Positions 19,128 to 23,524 of a stretch of DNA of 23,524 nt are shown here, in pieces. Both the position numbers and the translations under genes were made by a program. The notes beneath the pieces were generated by a model. That model saw only the letters and a list, made by a program, of their open reading frames with translations, had not been told where the DNA came from and searched no databases. Origin of the DNA: a bacterium (GTDB taxonomy: Bacteria > Hydrothermota > Tepidihabitantia > Tepidihabitantales > Tepidihabitantaceae). The stretch is from NCBI GenBank assembly GCA_046485285.1, contig JAWOHE010000093.1:1-23524 (forward strand), written 5' to 3'. How positions within the stretch are numbered: position 1 is the stretch's first letter; every line of letters starts with the position of its first letter.

Positions 19128-19519
19128 CGAGACAACAGGAACAGCGCCTGCTCCGGGCCGCCCGGCTTGCCGCCGCCCGCGCCCACGCCCCCTACTCCGG
19201 CTTCCGCGTCGGCGCCGCGGTCCTCGACGAACGCGGCCGCGTCCACGCCGGCGCCAACGTCGAAAACGCCTCCTACGGCCTGACCGTCTGCGCCGAGCGC
19301 GCCGCGGTCAGCCGGATGGTCGCGGCCGGCGGCCGGAGGGTCGCGGCGGTGCTGGTCTTCGCCGACACCGGGACGCTCACTCCGCCCTGCGGCGCCTGCC
19401 TCCAGGTGCTTGCCGAATTCGGGGAGAACCCGCGCGTGGTGCTCGCCAACGACCGGCAGGTTGAACGCGCCCGGCTTCGCGACTTGCTGCCCCGGCCGTT
19501 CCGGCCGGGCCGGGACTGA
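19124..19519 (+). CDS. cdd: cytidine deaminase (homotetrameric type)
   Basis: APYSGFRVGAA, GANVENASYGLTVCAER and PCGAC zinc motif; AAGGAGG SD and GTGA overlap with deoB. Confidence 0.95.
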   Translation: MTRQQEQRLLRAARLAAARAHAPYSGFRVGAAVLDERGRVHAGANVENASYGLTVCAERAAVSRMVAAGGRRVAAVLVFADTGTLTPPCGACLQVLAEFGENPRVVLANDRQVERARLRDLLPRPFRPGRD

Positions 19520-20767
19520 CTACTCGATCCGGTCCAGCCCGCCCGCGAACGGGCGGAGCTTCTCCGGTATCACGACCGAACCGTCGGCCTGCTGGCCGTT
19601 CTCGACCAGCGCGATGAAGGTCCGGGGCAGGGCCAGCCCGGAGCCGTTGAGGATGTGCGGCCAGCCGGTCCCGTCCGGCCCGCGCCAGCGCGTCCCGCAC
19701 CGCCGCGCTTGGTAGTCCTCGCAGTTCGACACCGACGACACCTCGAGCCACCGGCCCTCGCCCCCGGCCCACGCCTCGATGTCGTAGGTCTTGGCCGACT
19801 GGTGGGCGATGTCCCACGCCGCCAGCCGCTTCACCCGGTGCGGTATCCCGAGCTCGCGCAACAGCCCGCAGGCCTCGTCGACCATCTCCTCGAGCGCGGC
19901 GTAGGACTCGCCGGGCCGGGTGAACCGGACCATCTCGACCTTGTCGAACTGGTGCACCCGGGTAATGCCGCGGACGTCCTTGCCGTACGACCCGGACTCG
20001 CGCCGGAAGCAGAGCGAGTTCGCGACGTACCGCTTCGGCAGGTCGGCGTCCTCGAGCGTCTCGCCCCGGTGCAGGTTCGCGAGCATCGTCTCCGACGTCG
20101 GTATCAGGTAGAGCGCGTCGTCGCGCACCGCGTACATGTCGCTCTCGAGGTGCGGCAACTGCCCCGAGCCCTCGAGCGTCGGCACGTTCGCCAGCACCGG
20201 CGGCGCGACCTCGGTGTAGCCGTTGCGGTTGACGTGGGTGCTGATGAAGAACTCGAGCAGGGCCCGGCGCAACAGCGCGCCCCGGCCGACGAACAGCGGG
20301 AAGCGCGACCCGGCGAGCGCCGCCCCGGCCCGCAGGTCGAGCAGGCCGAGCGCCTCGCACAGGTCCCAGTGCGCCAGCGGCTGGAACTCGAACCTCGTCG
20401 GCTCGCCCCACGTCGCGGCGACCTCCTCCTCCGCGGTCACCGACGGGTGGACGACGTTGGGCAGGTGCCGGGCCAGCTCGTCGAGCTTCGCCTCGATAGC
20501 GGCCAGCCCCGCGTCCGCGGCCTTGACCCGCTCCGACAGCTCCCTGGCCCGCGCCAGCACCGCGTCGGCGTCGCCGCCGGTGCGCCTCGCCTCGACGACC
20601 GCCTTCGATATCCCCTTCTGCTCGTGGCGCAGGCCGTCGCGCTCGAGCGCCAGCGCCCGCCGCTCCGCGTCGAGCGTGACAATCTCGTCAATCCCCAACG
20701 GGCAGCGCCGCAGTTCGAGCAGACGCCGCGCCTCGTCCGGCTGCTCGCGGAGGAACTTCAGGTGCAT
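19520..20767 (-). CDS. serS: seryl-tRNA synthetase
   Basis: N-terminal coiled-coil arm, LIPTSE, CFRRESG, RVHQFDKVE, EVSSVSNCEDYQARR, HILNGSGLALPR. Confidence 0.97.
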   Translation of the reverse strand: MHLKFLREQPDEARRLLELRRCPLGIDEIVTLDAERRALALERDGLRHEQKGISKAVVEARRTGGDADAVLARARELSERVKAADAGLAAIEAKLDELARHLPNVVHPSVTAEEEVAATWGEPTRFEFQPLAHWDLCEALGLLDLRAGAALAGSRFPLFVGRGALLRRALLEFFISTHVNRNGYTEVAPPVLANVPTLEGSGQLPHLESDMYAVRDDALYLIPTSETMLANLHRGETLEDADLPKRYVANSLCFRRESGSYGKDVRGITRVHQFDKVEMVRFTRPGESYAALEEMVDEACGLLRELGIPHRVKRLAAWDIAHQSAKTYDIEAWAGGEGRWLEVSSVSNCEDYQARRCGTRWRGPDGTGWPHILNGSGLALPRTFIALVENGQQADGSVVIPEKLRPFAGGLDRIE

Positions 20768-20773
20768 CGCGGG

Positions 20774-20802
20774 ATTCTAGGCGACGAAGCCCGGCCGGTC
20801 AA
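20774..20802 (-). promoter_or_regulatory. serS promoter TTGACC-N17-TAGAAT, 6 nt before ATG (leaderless); -35 overlaps the riboflavin synthase stop codon
   Basis: Reverse strand reads TTGACC ggccgggcttcgtcgcc TAGAAT cccgcg ATG. Confidence 0.8.
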
Positions 20803-21401
20803 ACGCCGCCCGGGCCGCCGGTTTCCTGCCGGCGCGCCGCGGCCTTGACCAGCAGATCAAACTCGACGTTCGCCGCCGCGCCCGGCCGGTAGCCGTGCAG
20901 AATGGTGCGCTCCCAGGTATGAGGAATCACGTTGACCGTGAAGTCCCGGCCGCGCAGCTCCGCGACCGTCAGGCTCACGCCGTCGAGGCAGACCGACCCC
21001 CGCGCGACCAGCAGGCCGAGGTTCTCCGCCCCGACCCGGACCAGCACCTCGTGGTACCCGCCCCGGCGCTCGACCCGTCGCACCGTGCCGACCTCGTCGA
21101 CGTGGCCCTGCACGAAATGTCCGCCCAGCCGGTCGCCGACCGCCAGCGCCCGTTCGAGGTTGACCGGGCTTCCCGCCCGCAGGCTCCCCAGCGTAGTCGC
21201 CCGGATCGTCGCCGCGGTCGCCTCGAGCGTGCAGAGGCCCGCGCCGGTGCGGACCGCGGTCAGGCAGCAGCCGTTCACCGCGAGGCTGTCGCCGACCCTC
21301 ATCGCTCCCGCCAGCGCGGCCTCGATCTCCAACCGGCAGTTGTCCACGTCCCGGCTCACCGCCCGCACCCGGCCCATCTCCTCGACCAGCCCGGTGAACA
21401 T
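20799..21401 (-). CDS. ribE: riboflavin synthase (alpha chain; ribE/ribC depending on nomenclature)
   Basis: MFTGLVEE N-terminus, GDSLAVNGCCLT, VNLERAL, LGGHFVQGHVD, GSVCLDGVSLTV, IPHT. Confidence 0.96.
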   Translation of the reverse strand: MFTGLVEEMGRVRAVSRDVDNCRLEIEAALAGAMRVGDSLAVNGCCLTAVRTGAGLCTLEATAATIRATTLGSLRAGSPVNLERALAVGDRLGGHFVQGHVDEVGTVRRVERRGGYHEVLVRVGAENLGLLVARGSVCLDGVSLTVAELRGRDFTVNVIPHTWERTILHGYRPGAAANVEFDLLVKAAARRQETGGPGGV

Positions 21402-21414
21402 CAGCCCCGTCCCC

Positions 21415-22497
21415 TCATTGGTCCTTCCGGACGTAGCCCTCGGTCAGCACATCCCGGCCCAGCAACTCGTGCCTGACCCGCACCAGTCGCGCCAGCCCGG
21501 GGAACCTGCGCGCCTTCAGACCCGCGGTCACGCACCTGCCCGGCCCGAGCAGCCTCGGCGCGTGGAAGGTCACGACCTTGTCGACGACCCCCGCCTCGAG
21601 CGCCGACGACGCGACCCGCGCCCCGCCCTCGACCAGCACCGACTGCACCTCGCGCCGGTACAGCTCCGCGCGGACGCCGCGCCAGTCGAGCAGTCCGTCC
21701 CGGCCGCGCCGAACCGCGACCACCTCGGCCCCGACCCGTTCCAGCGCCCGCCGGCGCGAACCGGCCGCCCCGGCCGTGAGCACCAGCACCGGCCCGGCCG
21801 CGCGGAACAGCCGCGCGCCGGTCGGGATCCTCAACCGGGAATCCAGCACCACCCGGAGCGCCGGCCGCCGCCGGACGCCCCGGCAGGACAACTCCGGGTC
21901 GTCGCTCAGGACCGTCTCGACGCCGACCAGCACCGCGTCGGCCCGACAGCGAAGCGTCATCGCCCGCCGCCGCGCCGCCGGACCGGTTATCCACCGCGAC
22001 CGGCCGTCCTGCGCGGCCATCATCCCGTCCAGCGTCAGCGCCACCTTCAGCGTCACCAGCGGCCGCCGCCGCAGGTGGTAGCAGAAATACGCCTCGTTCA
22101 GCCGCCGCGCCGCCGCGGCCCCGGGCCCGCTCTCGACCGCGACCCCGGCGGCCCGCAGGCAGCGGAAACCCCGGCCGCTCACCTTCGGGTTCGGGTCGCG
22201 CGTCGCGGCCACCACCCGCCGGATGCCGCTCGCCAGCACCGCGTCGGTGCAGGCGGGCGTCTTGCCGCAGAAACAGCACGGCTCCATCGTCACGTACAGC
22301 GTCGCCCCGCGCGCCCGGCTCCCGGCCCCGCGAAGCGCCTCGACCTCGGCGTGCGGCCCGCCGAACCGGCGGTGGAAGCCCTCGCCGACGGCCCGGCCCG
22401 CTCTCACCAGCACTGCGCCGACCATCGGGTTCGGCGACACCAGCCCGGCCCCGCGCTCGGCCAGCTCAAGGGCCCGGCGCATCCAGCGTTCAATCAC
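21415..22497 (-). CDS. ribD: bifunctional riboflavin deaminase/reductase RibD
   Basis: PNPMVGAV, HAEVEAL, TMEPCC...TPAC, LKVALTLDG, SRWITG, VLVEGGA. Confidence 0.96.
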   Translation of the reverse strand: MIERWMRRALELAERGAGLVSPNPMVGAVLVRAGRAVGEGFHRRFGGPHAEVEALRGAGSRARGATLYVTMEPCCFCGKTPACTDAVLASGIRRVVAATRDPNPKVSGRGFRCLRAAGVAVESGPGAAAARRLNEAYFCYHLRRRPLVTLKVALTLDGMMAAQDGRSRWITGPAARRRAMTLRCRADAVLVGVETVLSDDPELSCRGVRRRPALRVVLDSRLRIPTGARLFRAAGPVLVLTAGAAGSRRRALERVGAEVVAVRRGRDGLLDWRGVRAELYRREVQSVLVEGGARVASSALEAGVVDKVVTFHAPRLLGPGRCVTAGLKARRFPGLARLVRVRHELLGRDVLTEGYVRKDQ

Positions 22498-22503
22498 GCG
22501 CCA

Positions 22504-22531
22504 ATCATAGACCGACCCTGAAGACAGTCAA
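22504..22531 (-). promoter_or_regulatory. ribD promoter TTGACT-N16-TATGAT, 6 nt before GTG (leaderless)
   Basis: Reverse strand reads TTGACT gtcttcagggtcggtc TATGAT tggcgc GTG. Confidence 0.8.
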
Positions 22532-22878
22532 GAGCGGCGCTCGCGCGGCCCCTGGCCGCCCGACGCGGCCGAACCCATCCACGGAAACACCAGGGTGATT
22601 CCAGTCACCCCGACCGACGGCCGCAGGGCCCGGAGGGGTGCTGCGTCCTCGCAGTCTCCGAGATCACTCTCCGCCGGGAATGCGCCTCTGCAATCTGACG
22701 TCAGAGGTCGTTTCGCCCCCTCCGCCGCTTCCGGGCCGCAGACTCTGAAGACGTCGCGGCGGACCCAATCAGAGCTTCCGGGTCAAGTCCCTCCCTGGGG
22801 TAGTCGAGCAGGAGCCCCTCGCCGGCCACTTCTTGGGCATCCAAACGTAAGTCACGAACCGGCTGAGCTTTGACGGCA

Positions 22879-23130
22879 GGGGGGGATATCCCCGGGGATA
22901 TCCCCGGGGATATCCCCGGGACGGTTCCGGGGGCTGCCCCGGGGACCGCTCCGGGGGCCGCTCCGGGGGCCGTCCCGGGGACCGCTCCGGGGGCCGCTCC
23001 GGGGGCCGCCCCGGGGACCGCTCCGGGGGCCGTCCCGGGAGCCGCTCCGGGAGCCGCTCCGGGGGCCGTCCCGGGGGCCGTCCCGGGGACCGCTCCGGGG
23101 GCCGTCCCGGGGGCCGTCCCGGGGACCGCT
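22879..23130. repeat. tandem array of about 21 imperfect 12-bp units (CCGGGG + 6 variable nt; first units GGGGATATCCCC x3)
   Basis: Strict 12-nt period over 252 bp; variable hexamers gatatc, acggtt, gctgcc, accgct, gccgct, gccgtc, gccgcc. Confidence 0.95.
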
Positions 23131-23271
23131 AGGGGAGGCGTCCCCGTGTCAAGACCAGGACATAGAGTTGCGTGCCATAATGTCTGCAAATTGGCAAAGA
23201 GAGAGTGGCCATTGAGCCGTGCCGCATTCCGATGAGAATGTGGCGTCAGTTATGATCGAAAGGAGGCTCGA

Positions 23272-23391
23272 ATGGCCACAAGTAGAGTATCCGATAGTAA
23301 CACAGCCGAGGCGCCCGGACAAGGGTTTCGGGAAGTGGAGCTTGTCCAGAAACCTCGGCGGGTTGCAGTGCTGACTGACGAGATGGATTGA
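23272..23391 (+). pseudogene. 5' fragment of a gene (MATSRVSDSNTAEAPGQGFREV...) probably interrupted by the IS at about 23338
   Basis: Strong AGGAGG SD 5 nt before ATG 23272; the frame runs into the putative IS end after 22 codons and stops at 23391. Confidence 0.4.
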
Positions 23392-23524
23392 TGTTCGAAG
23401 TCCGTGCTGCGATTGACTGAGGTCCGGCCCGGGCTATGTGGACCAGGCCAGCTTGGCGGTGCCGCCTGCCACCAGCCGGCTGAGCTTCAGTAGGTTGTGT
23501 GCAATTGTCGCCCACTTCCATTCG
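23338..23524 (-). mobile_element. downstream end of an IS1182-family-like insertion sequence (continues beyond the window)
   Basis: Transposase-like C-terminus followed about 80-95 bp later by ...GTTTCTGGACAAGCTC, which resembles IS1182-type terminal inverted repeats; lower GC than the rest of the window. Confidence 0.6.
23434..23523 (-). CDS. C-terminal 29 aa of a DDE transposase (IS1182/IS4-like), partial
   Basis: Manual translation (not in the ORF track): EWKWATIAHNLLKLSRLVAGGTAKLAWST*, matching the EW-x4-AHNL-x-K C-terminal helix typical of IS1182-family transposases. Confidence 0.7.
   Translation of the reverse strand, partial: EWKWATIAHNLLKLSRLVAGGTAKLAWST

Noticed and set aside
22498-22620. 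FMN riboswitch upstream of ribD (TCTTCAGGG resembles its 5' start)
   Set aside because: The match is inside the promoter spacer; the conserved GGTGAAATTCCCGACCG core and downstream helices are absent.
22879-23130. CRISPR array or a real PG-repeat protein (22870-23235 +, 22701-23189 -)
   Set aside because: Units are contiguous 12-mers with no unique spacers and there are no cas genes; both ORFs lack an SD or domain, and staying open is expected for a stop-free 12-bp repeat. A protein cannot be fully excluded.
23389-23493. Selenocysteine read-through of the TGA ending the 23272 ORF
   Set aside because: The downstream sequence is better explained as IS DNA (antisense to the transposase end); no selenoprotein-like motif is present.

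Overview
A very GC-rich, compact bacterial chromosomal segment. It is mostly housekeeping and probably from a diderm, anaerobe-like lineage (lipoproteins, hypC, DUF362 Fe-S proteins); the taxon cannot be fixed from sequence alone. Order: [+] htrA/degP-like protease, purB, acyl-CoA dehydrogenase, a 61-aa Sm/LSm-like ORF, two tandem DUF362/ferredoxin genes; [-] lipoprotein, uvrB; [+] DegT-family aminotransferase, then EIIA(PTS)-fused ArsB/NhaD-type transporter, USP-like protein and a second EIIA-fused transporter paralogue; [-] hypC, secreted unknown protein, carbamate kinase; [+] RNase P RNA, tRNA-Leu(GAG), deoB, cdd; [-] serS, riboflavin synthase, ribD; then a 21 x 12-bp G-rich quasi-palindromic tandem array and the end of an IS1182-like element that appears to interrupt a small gene. 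The most notable observations are: (1) the duplicated EIIA-transporter/USP module, with mosaic identity and an altered second copy; (2) eight sigma70-like promoters, mostly with 16-bp spacers, that place start codons at or near +1 (leaderless mRNAs); (3) deoB starting 8 nt after a CCA-less tRNA; (4) a carbamate kinase-unknown-hypC operon; (5) the LSm-like microprotein.
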